Below, piece after piece: positions 19,727 to 28,882 of a DNA stretch of 37,808 nt. The notes under the pieces are model-generated. The model was not told the DNA's origin. It did no database searches and worked only from the letters and a program-made list of their open reading frames with translations. A program made the position numbers and the translations under genes. The stretch is taken from the sequence record SRR31156797_9296. One strand, written 5' to 3'. The stretch's first letter is position 1. Each line of letters starts with the position of its first letter.

Positions 19727-20659
19727 TTATCCATCCGATGTAATTTTGCGAATGAGGTCTTTTTCGACCTGAGGTGCTAAATCAATCGGGATCTGACAAG
19801 TTCCAGCCGCCTGATGTCCACCACCGCCATATTCGAGCATCAACTCACCAACATTGGTTTTTGAGCTTCTGTCAAAAATGGATTTACCTGTCGCGAAGAC
19901 GATGTTCTGCTTCTGGAAACCCCACATTTTGTGTATTGAAATATTGCATTGTGGATAGAGCGCATAAATGATGAATCGGTTACCGGCGTATATCACTTCT
20001 TCATCGGTTAAATCCAACACCACTAAGTTTTTATGTACAGTTCCGCAACGCAACAACTGTTCCTTAAACTTGTTTTCATGCTCCCGGTATAACTCCGTTC
20101 GTTCTTTTACGTCTGGCAATGCCAAAATTTCATCAATGGAGTGACTTCCACAATAGTCAATCAAGTCCATCATCAGGTTGTAGTTTGAAATGCGAAACTC
20201 GCGGAAGCGACCTAACCCCGTTCTCGCATCCATCAAAAAGTTTAATAAATTCCACCCTGCAGAATCTAACACTTCATCACGAGTAAACTGAGCAGAATCC
20301 CCTTTATCCACTGCTTCCATCATTTCAAGCCACGCTTCGGGAAAAACATCTAACCCGCCATAATAGTCCCAGACGACACGCGCCGCCGACGGTGCTTTGG
20401 GATCAATAATATGGTTCAGTCGTTGCTCAGTATTACGTATTGTTTCCGATAAGTGGTGGTCGAAAACAAGATAGGCTTGTTCTACATAAGGCAAGTTGGT
20501 GGTAATGTCTTTCTCGCTAATATCAATTAGCCCATCCTGCATATCTTTTGGATGAACAAATTTAATATCTTCAATCAAATTGAGCTTTTTCAGTAGTACG
20601 GCACATACAAGGCCATCAAAGTCACTGCGTGTGACAAGCCGATATTTATTGTCTGCCAT
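19727..20659 (-). CDS. pggH: DHH/DHHA1 phosphoesterase, probable pGpG phosphodiesterase (exopolyphosphatase-related / nanoRNase family)
   Basis: RSDFDG, FDHH and GGGH motifs; position next to NUDIX and yej matches the recalled V. cholerae PggH locus. Confidence 0.75.
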   Translation of the reverse strand: MADNKYRLVTRSDFDGLVCAVLLKKLNLIEDIKFVHPKDMQDGLIDISEKDITTNLPYVEQAYLVFDHHLSETIRNTEQRLNHIIDPKAPSAARVVWDYYGGLDVFPEAWLEMMEAVDKGDSAQFTRDEVLDSAGWNLLNFLMDARTGLGRFREFRISNYNLMMDLIDYCGSHSIDEILALPDVKERTELYREHENKFKEQLLRCGTVHKNLVVLDLTDEEVIYAGNRFIIYALYPQCNISIHKMWGFQKQNIVFATGKSIFDRSSKTNVGELMLEYGGGGHQAAGTCQIPIDLAPQVEKDLIRKITSDG

Positions 20660-20861
20660 TCGTTATTCCCCTAAATCTCTTAAGCATGCTTAGTCACTAA
20701 TCAGGGTTAACGACGATGTTCCACTACACGAAACGTTAAGCCCTATGCATTAATTTTAGACAGCATCGATCTTTTGACAAACTTAAGACAATGGTTTTAA
20801 TAAAAATATTCTACAATTTCCATATGCCATACCTATTATGTCTACCTATTGGAGATAACAA

Positions 20862-21122
20862 ATGATTAAACACAGTATTTTGGCTTCAGCGCTATTAGCC
20901 TCAGTGGTACTCGTTGGCTGCTCAAGTGAGCCGGATGAATATGAAGTAAAAGAGTATGACGCGACAACCAATCCAGCGTCTTTATACTGTGTTCAGCAAG
21001 GTGGTGAACTGGAGATGATGAGCGAAAATAATAAACGTATGACTTACTGCGTAACGTCTGAAGATGAAAAAGTTGAGCAGTGGGAATACTATGAAAATCG
21101 CGATAAAAGCAAAGATAAGTAA
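20862..21122 (+). CDS. DUF333 (putative hemolysin) lipoprotein
   Basis: Lipobox LVGC; NPASLYCVQQGG...YC...EQWEYY. Confidence 0.88.
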   Translation: MIKHSILASALLASVVLVGCSSEPDEYEVKEYDATTNPASLYCVQQGGELEMMSENNKRMTYCVTSEDEKVEQWEYYENRDKSKDK

Positions 21123-21134
21123 TCTTACTTTGTG

Positions 21135-21166
21135 ACGAAAAAGGCAGCGTTCGCTGCCTTTTTCGT
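21135..21166. terminator. Bidirectional intrinsic terminator
   Basis: ACGAAAAAGGCAGCG-tt-CGCTGCCTTTTTCGT between convergent genes. Confidence 0.9.
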
Positions 21167-21172
21167 TAAGTA

Positions 21173-22153
21173 TCAATCATTGTTACTTTGAACAGATTGC
21201 ATCAGCTCTTCGATATGCTTCGGCCCAATCGGTCTTACACCTGCTGGGTTCAAGTCTTTGATTGAGTAGTAACCCGCAGTAATATGGTCAATGCTCACGG
21301 TCTCTGCCACACCTGGTAAACGCAATATGCGTTCCATATAAGCCGACAAGTTTTTATACGCCGCAATCTGCTTCCAATTGGTTTTGAATAGCCCATGATA
21401 CGCAACATCGAAACGAATCAACGTCACAAACGTTCTGATATCGGTTTCGGTTAAGCGATTACCAATTAGGAACTCTTGCCCTTCTAATCTCTGTTCAAGT
21501 TCATCCAGCATAGAGAAAACACCTTCGACCGCTTCAAGGTAAGACTCTTGTGATTCTGTAAAGCCGGCTTTGTAAACACCATTGTTAAGCAAGTTATAAA
21601 TGCGAGGGTTAAGCGCATCGATTTGCTCAGCAAACTCTTGTGGATACAGGCGAACATCGGATGGCACCAAATGCTCAAACGCAGTATCGAACATACGCAC
21701 TATGTCAGCACTCTCGTTGTTTACCATCACGTTTTGCTTCATATCCCAAAGTACAGGAACGGTTGCACGCCCAGTAAAGTGCGCGTCAGCACGGGTATAA
21801 ATTTCATGCATGTAGTTTGAGTTAAACAAAGGATCTTCATCTGAACCAGGGTAACCACCAAAGCTCCAGCCTTCATTGGTCATCACTGGGTTTACCACGG
21901 TAACTTCAATAAAGTCTTCTAAACCTTTTAGTTTTCTAGCAATCAAAGTACGTGATGCCCAAGGACAAATCAAAGCAACATATAGACGGTAGCGGCCCGG
22001 TTCTGCTTTAAAACCACCAATACCTGTAGGCCCAGCACTGCCATCTGCGGTGATCCAGTTACGGAAACTTGATACCTGACGAACAAAGCGTCCTTGTTCA
22101 TCCGCTTTTTGCATCGCTTTCCAATCTTTTGTCCATTTACCGTCTACTAACAT
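21173..22153 (-). CDS. yqjG: Glutathionyl-hydroquinone reductase (GST Xi class)
   Basis: CPWASR active site, GRATVPVLWD, NNESADI, NNGVYKAGF, TLIRFD. Confidence 0.92.
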   Translation of the reverse strand: MLVDGKWTKDWKAMQKADEQGRFVRQVSSFRNWITADGSAGPTGIGGFKAEPGRYRLYVALICPWASRTLIARKLKGLEDFIEVTVVNPVMTNEGWSFGGYPGSDEDPLFNSNYMHEIYTRADAHFTGRATVPVLWDMKQNVMVNNESADIVRMFDTAFEHLVPSDVRLYPQEFAEQIDALNPRIYNLLNNGVYKAGFTESQESYLEAVEGVFSMLDELEQRLEGQEFLIGNRLTETDIRTFVTLIRFDVAYHGLFKTNWKQIAAYKNLSAYMERILRLPGVAETVSIDHITAGYYSIKDLNPAGVRPIGPKHIEELMQSVQSNND

Positions 22154-22294
22154 TGCTCATACCTCGACTTCTCTATTTGAAACAAACCAGTTCAACTCTC
22201 TGGAACCCCGTTTGTGTTGATAGAGCCATTATGATTACAAAAGATTATTAGAACAATTAGCCATTCATAGAGAAATAATCAACGTTACGTTTAT

Positions 22295-22330
22295 AAAAAA
22301 GCCGACTGCCTGTTACAGCAGTCGGCTTTT
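22295..22330 (-). terminator. Intrinsic terminator of the OCD-Rid-oxidase-permease operon
   Basis: AAAAAAGCCGACTGC-ctgttaca-GCAGTCGGCTTTT. Confidence 0.88.
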
Positions 22331-22363
22331 GTTTTTTCCAGAGCTTTTGGTTTCCCAGAAAAG

Positions 22364-23764
22364 TTAATTCATATCAGGAGTGAATAAACCTCGCTTCATG
22401 TAAAACTTCACCCATAGAGCGCCGATAATGCTGATAATCGCCAATATTCCACCTGCCACTGTGAAGACAAGCTGAGTCATTTCCGGAGAGGGTGAGTTGT
22501 TCAGAGCGACATACCCCATGGCTACAATGCCAAGAATCTGTGGCACTGGATAGAATGGCGTTTTGTATGGGCGCTTGTGATTAGGGAGCTTTTTACGTAA
22601 TACGATAACATCAACATGAGCCACCATATACGCTAACAACCAGCTTGTTGTCGCTGCAATTACCAACACAATTAACGAATCAATATCAACAAGCAAGAAT
22701 GCGATAGCGGTACAAACAGATAGCATCAGCACACCATTCCACGCCACGTTATAACGATTTAGAGCCTTAAGTTGCGGGAATGCCTGCCCTTGCATCGCCA
22801 TGCCATGAAGCATTTTAGGCGTAGAAGCCAGAATGGTATTAATCGTACTACAGGTTGCAGCCAAAGCCATGATGGTGGCGATCGCTAAACCACTTTGTCC
22901 AAATACACCATTTGCATAGTCAAGATATGGGATTGGCGAAGTTACCAGAGTTTCAGCATCCACATATAAGGTTGCGCCGTAAGCAAAAGCTAAGAAAATA
23001 GCGAAAATGAGAGTCAGTGACCAATGCATGGCACGCGGAATATTTTTCTCTGGGTTCTGCACATCGTTAATCATCGGACAGATAAACTCAACACCGACCA
23101 TTAACCACATTGCCAAAGCAATCAAGCCTACAAAACTCCCATCGAGAACGCCGCCAAAACTCCAGTCTACTGAACTTCCTGTGAGAGTTGGATGTGGCTC
23201 GCTCGCCCCCGTGATGGCACATAGGCCTAAGATAATTAGCGCACTAACCAGAATAAATGCTAATAGGTTTTGGATTCGTGCAAAAACATCAGCACCAATC
23301 AAGTTTGTTACGGTGAGGATAGCTAAGATCGCAATGGGTACCGATTTTTCAGGGAACACACCCGGTAATAGTTCTGCCAGCATGGCATCGACTAAAAACA
23401 TTTCAACCGGCAGTGCTAGAATTGCCACGACGACATATCCTGAAAATACCGAGACAATCGCAGGGAAGTGACCGATTGCTTTTTGCGTGTACGTGGCTAG
23501 CGTTCCCTCCTCCGGGAACATCAAAGAAAGCTCTGCAAAGCTCATCGCATTAAACTGAGCCAGTATATAGGCGGCAATCATCGCAGCAATAAAGCCCATA
23601 CCACCAATGCCGATCCCTTGAGTAGCGGAGATCATTGCGCCCTGCACAATGACGAGACCAATACAGATCGCCATCATTGTCACTAAACCCATTTTGTTAC
23701 TCTTGGGTTTGACAGCTGTTCCTTCAGCTTTCACTATTTTTTCCGAGTAAGATATATCACTCAT
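22364..23764 (-). CDS. APC-family amino acid/amine permease
   Basis: About 12 hydrophobic segments; SFAELSLMFP, GVEFICPM, RPYKTPFYP; start ATG 23764 behind AAGGA. Confidence 0.9.
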   Translation of the reverse strand: MSDISYSEKIVKAEGTAVKPKSNKMGLVTMMAICIGLVIVQGAMISATQGIGIGGMGFIAAMIAAYILAQFNAMSFAELSLMFPEEGTLATYTQKAIGHFPAIVSVFSGYVVVAILALPVEMFLVDAMLAELLPGVFPEKSVPIAILAILTVTNLIGADVFARIQNLLAFILVSALIILGLCAITGASEPHPTLTGSSVDWSFGGVLDGSFVGLIALAMWLMVGVEFICPMINDVQNPEKNIPRAMHWSLTLIFAIFLAFAYGATLYVDAETLVTSPIPYLDYANGVFGQSGLAIATIMALAATCSTINTILASTPKMLHGMAMQGQAFPQLKALNRYNVAWNGVLMLSVCTAIAFLLVDIDSLIVLVIAATTSWLLAYMVAHVDVIVLRKKLPNHKRPYKTPFYPVPQILGIVAMGYVALNNSPSPEMTQLVFTVAGGILAIISIIGALWVKFYMKRGLFTPDMN

Positions 23765-23802
23765 ATTCCAATTCCTTTTGTGAATAAACCAAGTTCGCAA
23801 TC

Positions 23803-25095
23803 TTAGAGTCGGTCGAAACGATACGGCGACGGATCTAAAATTGGGTCCATACCACTAACGATGTCTGCAGCGAGATGTCCTGCCGCAGGGCCTGTTCCAA
23901 ACCCGTGCCCGGAGAAACCAGTAGCAACGGTTAAACCCGGTATAGATTGGATTTGGTCGATGACAGGGTTTGAATCTGGCGTTACATCAATTTGACCAGC
24001 CCAAGCTTCCTCTACTTGTGCGCTGTCAAATACTGGCCATGCTTTGCGTAAGTTATTTAATGCCTCCTGATTTAAACCATTATTGTGTAAAGGGTCAATA
24101 GTCCTCACTGTTTCAAATGGCGACTTTTTGTCATTGCTCCAACGCCTTGAAAGCGCTAAATCATCTAGGAAATATTTCCCTACAGAAATTCGTAGAAAAC
24201 TTCTTTGGTCCTTAAGTTGACTCAAGTAACGGTGTCCAACTAATAGGTGGTCGAGACATATCGGTGAATCCAATGCGCCACGTTGTGTAATGATAAAACC
24301 GCCATCGTCATGCTTACGGAAAGAAAAGTTTGATGCACCAACCGCAATATCTGTCGGTCCATCCATTGGTTTGGTACGCATGACTGAACAAATAAGGGGT
24401 AATGTTGGTAGAGAAACACCGACATTTGATAAGAAGCGACGCGACCAGGCACCACCAGCAAGCAGCACTTGCTCACAGCGAATTTCACCTTTTTCGGTAA
24501 CAACGCCACTCACCTTACCGCCAGAGCGCGATAAACCTCTAGCTGCACAGTTCTGAACTAGAATCGCGCCTTTCTTAATTGCGGCTTGCGCCATTGCGCT
24601 GGTAGCAATCGCTGGCTCAGCTCGTCCATCTGAAGCCGTATAGATGCCTCCTAGCCACTTTCCTTTGCCACCTTGCACCATTGAATCGATTTCACTCGGT
24701 GACAACATTTTCGAATCAAGATTGAGCTCTTTTACAGAATCCAGCCAAGCTTCATGCATCGCTAGCTGTTCTTCAGAATCGGACAGAAACATAATGCCAT
24801 TCTGTTTATAACCAACATCGCGTCCAATTCGTTCAGGCATCTCAGCCCATAATCTATCGGCAGCTTGTGCCAAAGGTACGTCTTCATAGTGACGATTCGT
24901 TTTACGAATCCACCCCAAATTTCGTGAAGACTGTTCACCAGCAATATGCCCTTTCTCAAGCAGTACTACTGGAATGTTTCTCTCTGCTAATGTTAGTGCT
25001 GCGCTTACACCAACAATACCACCACCGATAATAACCACGCTGGTTGATGACGGTATTTCGTTAGTGGTTTGAATGCGTTCAAGGGTCTTAGTCAT
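23803..25095 (-). CDS. FAD-dependent oxidoreductase, DAO/glycine oxidase family (TynA-like)
   Basis: VVIIGGGIVG FAD motif, EQSSRNLGW, WAGQIDVTPD, GFSGHGFGTGP. Confidence 0.9.
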   Translation of the reverse strand: MTKTLERIQTTNEIPSSTSVVIIGGGIVGVSAALTLAERNIPVVLLEKGHIAGEQSSRNLGWIRKTNRHYEDVPLAQAADRLWAEMPERIGRDVGYKQNGIMFLSDSEEQLAMHEAWLDSVKELNLDSKMLSPSEIDSMVQGGKGKWLGGIYTASDGRAEPAIATSAMAQAAIKKGAILVQNCAARGLSRSGGKVSGVVTEKGEIRCEQVLLAGGAWSRRFLSNVGVSLPTLPLICSVMRTKPMDGPTDIAVGASNFSFRKHDDGGFIITQRGALDSPICLDHLLVGHRYLSQLKDQRSFLRISVGKYFLDDLALSRRWSNDKKSPFETVRTIDPLHNNGLNQEALNNLRKAWPVFDSAQVEEAWAGQIDVTPDSNPVIDQIQSIPGLTVATGFSGHGFGTGPAAGHLAADIVSGMDPILDPSPYRFDRL

Positions 25096-25108
25096 ATTCC
25101 TTTATCCT

Positions 25109-25135
25109 AAAAAGGATGAGGCAACAACCTCATCC
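25109..25135 (-). terminator. Internal hairpin/partial terminator between rid and the oxidase
   Basis: GGATGAGG-caacaa-CCTCATCC with a U-tract on the minus strand. Confidence 0.55.
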
Positions 25136-25143
25136 AAATTCCA

Positions 25144-25563
25144 TTACGCCAGAACAATTTTTTCAACGTCAGAGCTTGAAGCTCCTCGGTATGCTGTTAC
25201 TTCCAGTTCCACTTTGTATTCTGTAGAACCCAGTGGCGGGCAAGTTACCGTTGTTGCGGGATCCACATCTCTGAATTTGGTGCCAATCAGCTCCATAACA
25301 ACGTTCACATCAGATGGGTTCTGAATAAACACTCGAGACATAACAACGTCTGCTAAAGAACAATCTAATGCCTTTAACGCTCTCTCTATGTTGCTGAATA
25401 CTTGCTCAGTCTGTTCAAGTACGTTTTCAGGAATCAGTTTTGTTTCAGGGTTACGCCCTGCTGTATTCGAAACAAATACCCAGTTATCAACTGCGACCGC
25501 ACGAGAGTAGCTACTCGTTTCTTCCAGTTTTGACCCTGTTTTTACTTTTGTAATTTTTGCCAT
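25144..25563 (-). CDS. Rid (YjgF/YER057c/UK114) family protein
   Basis: SYSRAVAVDNWVFVSNTAG, PATT, KVELEVTA. Confidence 0.9.
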   Translation of the reverse strand: MAKITKVKTGSKLEETSSYSRAVAVDNWVFVSNTAGRNPETKLIPENVLEQTEQVFSNIERALKALDCSLADVVMSRVFIQNPSDVNVVMELIGTKFRDVDPATTVTCPPLGSTEYKVELEVTAYRGASSSDVEKIVLA

Positions 25564-25654
25564 TCGGACTTATCTCACCGTCTCGTTATATTTATCAAAA
25601 TAAGTAATTATCAGCAGGCAGAAGGACTAGTAACACACCTTCCGCCTAAACTTA

Positions 25655-26794
25655 TTAGCGTAGTGCTGGCTCATCCCAAAGGTTCAGTTTGACGCCAATC
25701 CCCTTTTCGAGAGCGTTGCGGTATACCTTTGTGCCCCAAGCGACATCTTCCACGGGTAAACCACCAACAGAGAATATGATGATCTCCTCATCGTTCTGTC
25801 GACCAACCGCTTCACCAGAGACGATTTTGCCTAGGTCCTCAAACTGATCAGCACTCATCAAACCTTCTGAAATCATATCCATAAATCGAACACCGATTAT
25901 CGGGATGTATTTGTGAGCCGGTTTTGGCACTTCGGAAATCCACGCTTCGTATAGGCCTGTGTTATCGGCCACTTTACGAATGTCATCTTTTTCCATGTCT
26001 GCATCCAGTCGACACAATGACGGCATAGATAGGAATGCGCCCGGTTTAACCCATTCACGTTTAACAATTGGATAAGTAGAAACATCACCGCACTCACCAG
26101 AGTTGCAGTAAGTCACAATGTCTGAATCGCGAACCACCTCTTCAATCGTATCCACGATATGAACATTGGTGATTTGTGGATAGTTGACCTGTAGCCAGGT
26201 TAAGAACTCATCTAAGCTTTTCTTGCCACGTCCCTTAACTTTGATCGTGTCAATGTTCGGACATGCCGTCATAAATGCTGCGACTGAAGTTTTACCCATT
26301 ACACCAGGGCCAAGAAGGCCAATCACTTTAGAATCTTTACGAGCCAAGTATCGAGCGCCGACACCCGGTACAGCACCGGTGCGATAAGCAGAAAGTAAGT
26401 TTGCTGACATATGAGCCAGAGGTGCTCCGGTATCCACATCATTCAAAGTAAACATAAGGATCGAACGAGGCAGGCCTTTTTGGCGGTTAGCGATATTTGA
26501 GCCATACCACTTCACACCACACGTTTGGAAACTACCGCCTAAATAAGCGGGCATCGCCATTAATCGTCGGTCAGCCGTTGGTTTTGGCATTGTTGAGAAC
26601 TTGGATTGTTCCGGAAAAGTAATCATTGCGCCATGTGAGTCATTATTCTCACCGGCCATACGGTAGTCTCCGTGGTATAGCAGTGCGAACATCTCTTCCA
26701 TGGTGTCCACACATTGATCCATGTTGGTGACACCAGCTTTAATCATGTCCTGTTCTGAAAGGTAGAGAAAGTCAATTTTCGTGTTATCTGACAT
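25655..26794 (-). CDS. tynB: Ornithine cyclodeaminase/mu-crystallin family protein (tyramine oxidase subunit B-like)
   Basis: IDFLYLSEQDMIKAGV, MAMPAYLGG, VKWYGSN, LSAYRTGA, GPGVMG, SVGGLPVED. Confidence 0.75.
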   Translation of the reverse strand: MSDNTKIDFLYLSEQDMIKAGVTNMDQCVDTMEEMFALLYHGDYRMAGENNDSHGAMITFPEQSKFSTMPKPTADRRLMAMPAYLGGSFQTCGVKWYGSNIANRQKGLPRSILMFTLNDVDTGAPLAHMSANLLSAYRTGAVPGVGARYLARKDSKVIGLLGPGVMGKTSVAAFMTACPNIDTIKVKGRGKKSLDEFLTWLQVNYPQITNVHIVDTIEEVVRDSDIVTYCNSGECGDVSTYPIVKREWVKPGAFLSMPSLCRLDADMEKDDIRKVADNTGLYEAWISEVPKPAHKYIPIIGVRFMDMISEGLMSADQFEDLGKIVSGEAVGRQNDEEIIIFSVGGLPVEDVAWGTKVYRNALEKGIGVKLNLWDEPALR

Positions 26795-26973
26795 ACGATC
26801 ACCTGTATCTATTTGTTTTAGTTATTCCGCTCTCTCAGTCTGTCTATCTTTGCTAATGCCATTCAGCTTGATTTTCTTGACTCGTCCTTGAGTGGATAAC
26901 TCGATACTAGTGACCCGAATTTCCTCCGTATTGAATTTTTGCGACATTCACAAATTTTTTCGTTTACATCCTG

Positions 26974-26990
26974 TTGGCATGACAAATGCT
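26974..26990 (+). promoter_or_regulatory. Sigma54 (-24/-12) promoter for the AraC gene
   Basis: TTGGCATGACAAATGCT: GG-N10-GC, about 60 bp upstream of ATG 27053. Confidence 0.65.
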
Positions 26991-27052
26991 TTACTGCAAC
27001 ACAATTGTTACAAAAGTTAATAACATCTTGTGTTGATAAAAGGCTATTGAAT

Positions 27053-27886
27053 ATGCAGGGATCTCCATTAGTCAGACATGTATCTGGAATACATTCAAAA
27101 CAACCTTGGTTTGTACTCAGTGCCGATCGATACTCTACGAGCTTAACCACTGAAAACCCTGCTATTTCACACTTTTATAGCTTCATTGCTGGCAAGAATG
27201 ACTCAACGACCATAGCAGTACCTGATGGGTGTGTAGATCTGGTATTTGATTGTGATGCAGACCAATCGCAAGGCATGGTTTGTGGGACATCATTAGAAGC
27301 CAGAAGCGTAGAGTTTAATAACAATCATCGTTATTTTGGCATGCGATTTGTGCCCGGTTATTTTCCTGATTTCGTAGATCTTTCAGCGACAGATCTTATC
27401 GCCAGCCAGTTCGATATGCTTGATGTCATTAAGCAAGCCCACACGCTGATTGAACCGATAATCAACGCTAAGACATTTTCTGAACAAGTGGTGATAGCCA
27501 AAAAGTTTATGCAGGATAAACAAGGGCGTAAGCCCAACCGAATTACCCAGCAGGTGGCTGCAAAAATCTGTCAGGAAAAAGGTAACGTACAGATTCAGGA
27601 TCTAGAACAATACACGGGTTACAGCAGCCGAACGCTTCAACGTCAATTTAAAGCTGACCTTGGTATGACACCAAAAGCGTTCTGTAGAGCAATTCGTTGT
27701 CAGTCAGCAATTTATGACATCAACCATAATGAAAAAATGAGTTTTACAGACCTTGCCTTAAGCCTTGGGTTTAGTGATCAATCTCATTTTCTTAGAGAAT
27801 TTAAAAAACTCGTCAGTACCACTCCCCTCGACTACCAAAGCAAAGTAAAACACACAACATACCTTGAACGCATTAGCTGTTACTGA
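27053..27886 (+). CDS. AraC-family regulator (DUF6597-type N-terminus), divergent from the OCD operon
   Basis: VPDGCVDLVF, GMRFVPG, SSRTLQRQFKADLGMTPK, GFSDQSHFLREFK; start ATG 27053 behind AAAGG. Confidence 0.9.
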   Translation: MQGSPLVRHVSGIHSKQPWFVLSADRYSTSLTTENPAISHFYSFIAGKNDSTTIAVPDGCVDLVFDCDADQSQGMVCGTSLEARSVEFNNNHRYFGMRFVPGYFPDFVDLSATDLIASQFDMLDVIKQAHTLIEPIINAKTFSEQVVIAKKFMQDKQGRKPNRITQQVAAKICQEKGNVQIQDLEQYTGYSSRTLQRQFKADLGMTPKAFCRAIRCQSAIYDINHNEKMSFTDLALSLGFSDQSHFLREFKKLVSTTPLDYQSKVKHTTYLERISCY

Positions 27887-27933
27887 ACAACATTGGTGCA
27901 ATATAGCTCAGTAAACCGCACTAAATTGGATCA
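27884..27933. promoter_or_regulatory. Tandem NtrC-like binding sites
   Basis: TGAACAA-cat-TGGTGCA (27884-27900) and CGCACTA-aat-TGGATCA (27917-27933), centres 33 bp apart; consensus TGCACCA-N3-TGGTGCA. Confidence 0.55.
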
Positions 27934-27956
27934 TTAGTCAAATGTAAAGGTAAGTA

Positions 27957-27975
27957 AATGACAACGATTATCATT
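27957..27975. promoter_or_regulatory. Fur box
   Basis: AATGACAACGATTATCATT upstream of a siderophore-interacting protein gene. Confidence 0.85.
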
Positions 27976-28049
27976 GATGAATAAAGCCATTGTGGTTAAA
28001 GTAGCATCGAATAAATTAATAAATTGTTACAAGTACGAAAGAAGCTACT

Positions 28050-28835
28050 ATGAATAAAAAACAAAACGGCAAAACACCATTTCTGCTCACGGTTCAAGAC
28101 TCAGTTCAAATTTCTCCCAATTTCCAAAGAATAACCTTACAGGGTGACTCTATTGCTCACTTTGGTACTGAAAGCACTGGCGACTATTTTAAACTGCTGT
28201 TCACCCCTGAAGGTGGAACCGACCTCAGCGTGCTTGGTGAAGATGAGCGTCCACTGATGCGCACATACACCATCCGTGAATTTGACCCTGCAACCAACAG
28301 TATTGTGGTGGATTTTGTCCGTCACGAGACGAACGATCTCTCATATGGATTTGCATCTCGTTGGGCGAACAACGCCAAGGTCGGTAACACGATTTCAAGC
28401 GTCGGCCCAGGCAAAAGACATACAATCAACCAAGATTCAGATTGGGTGTTTTTAGCAGCGGATATGACGGCATTACCAGCTCTTTCTACAACACTCGCCA
28501 CGCTTGACTCAAAAGCCAAAGGCTATGCTGTGATAGAAGTCGCTCAAGCAGAAGACATCCAACAGCTGGATGCGCCACAGAATGTGGATATTATTTGGGC
28601 CGTTTCCAGCCAAGGTTCAAACTTAGTAGACGCCATAAAAGCCCAACCATGGCTTGATGGTCAATGTTCAGTATGGTGTGCTTGTGAGTTCGATTCGATG
28701 CGAACATTACGTCAGTTCTTCCGCAATGATAAAGAAATCGACCGAACTTACATTTACATCAGCAGTTACTGGAAAAATGGCGTCAGTGAAGACGGCCACA
28801 AAGTGATTAAACGTGAAGATGCCCAGATAAACTAA
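28050..28835 (+). CDS. Siderophore-interacting protein (ViuB/YqjH family ferric reductase)
   Basis: ISPNFQRITL, RPLMRTYTIR, VDFVRH, ADMTALPA, WCACE, SSYWK. Confidence 0.92.
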   Translation: MNKKQNGKTPFLLTVQDSVQISPNFQRITLQGDSIAHFGTESTGDYFKLLFTPEGGTDLSVLGEDERPLMRTYTIREFDPATNSIVVDFVRHETNDLSYGFASRWANNAKVGNTISSVGPGKRHTINQDSDWVFLAADMTALPALSTTLATLDSKAKGYAVIEVAQAEDIQQLDAPQNVDIIWAVSSQGSNLVDAIKAQPWLDGQCSVWCACEFDSMRTLRQFFRNDKEIDRTYIYISSYWKNGVSEDGHKVIKREDAQIN

Positions 28836-28850
28836 GGGTAAATATGATGA

Positions 28851-28880
28851 AATTAAGCCTGCTAATTAGCAGGCTTAATT
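28851..28880. terminator. Bidirectional terminator, perfect 30-bp palindrome
   Basis: AATTAAGCCTGCTAATTAGCAGGCTTAATT between convergent genes. Confidence 0.75.
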
Positions 28881-28882
28881 AT

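Noticed and set aside
22200-22294. LysR-type promoter appearance upstream of yqjG with no adjacent LysR
   Set aside because: T-N11-A patterns are too degenerate in AT-rich DNA to support a call
26846-26861. Minus-strand TGGCATTAGCAAAGA as a sigma54 promoter for the OCD operon
   Set aside because: The -12 dinucleotide is GA, not GC
26929-26946. TGTCGCAAAAATTCAATA (minus strand) as the AraC binding site of the OCD promoter
   Set aside because: Plausible position, but no established consensus I can cite; left uncalled
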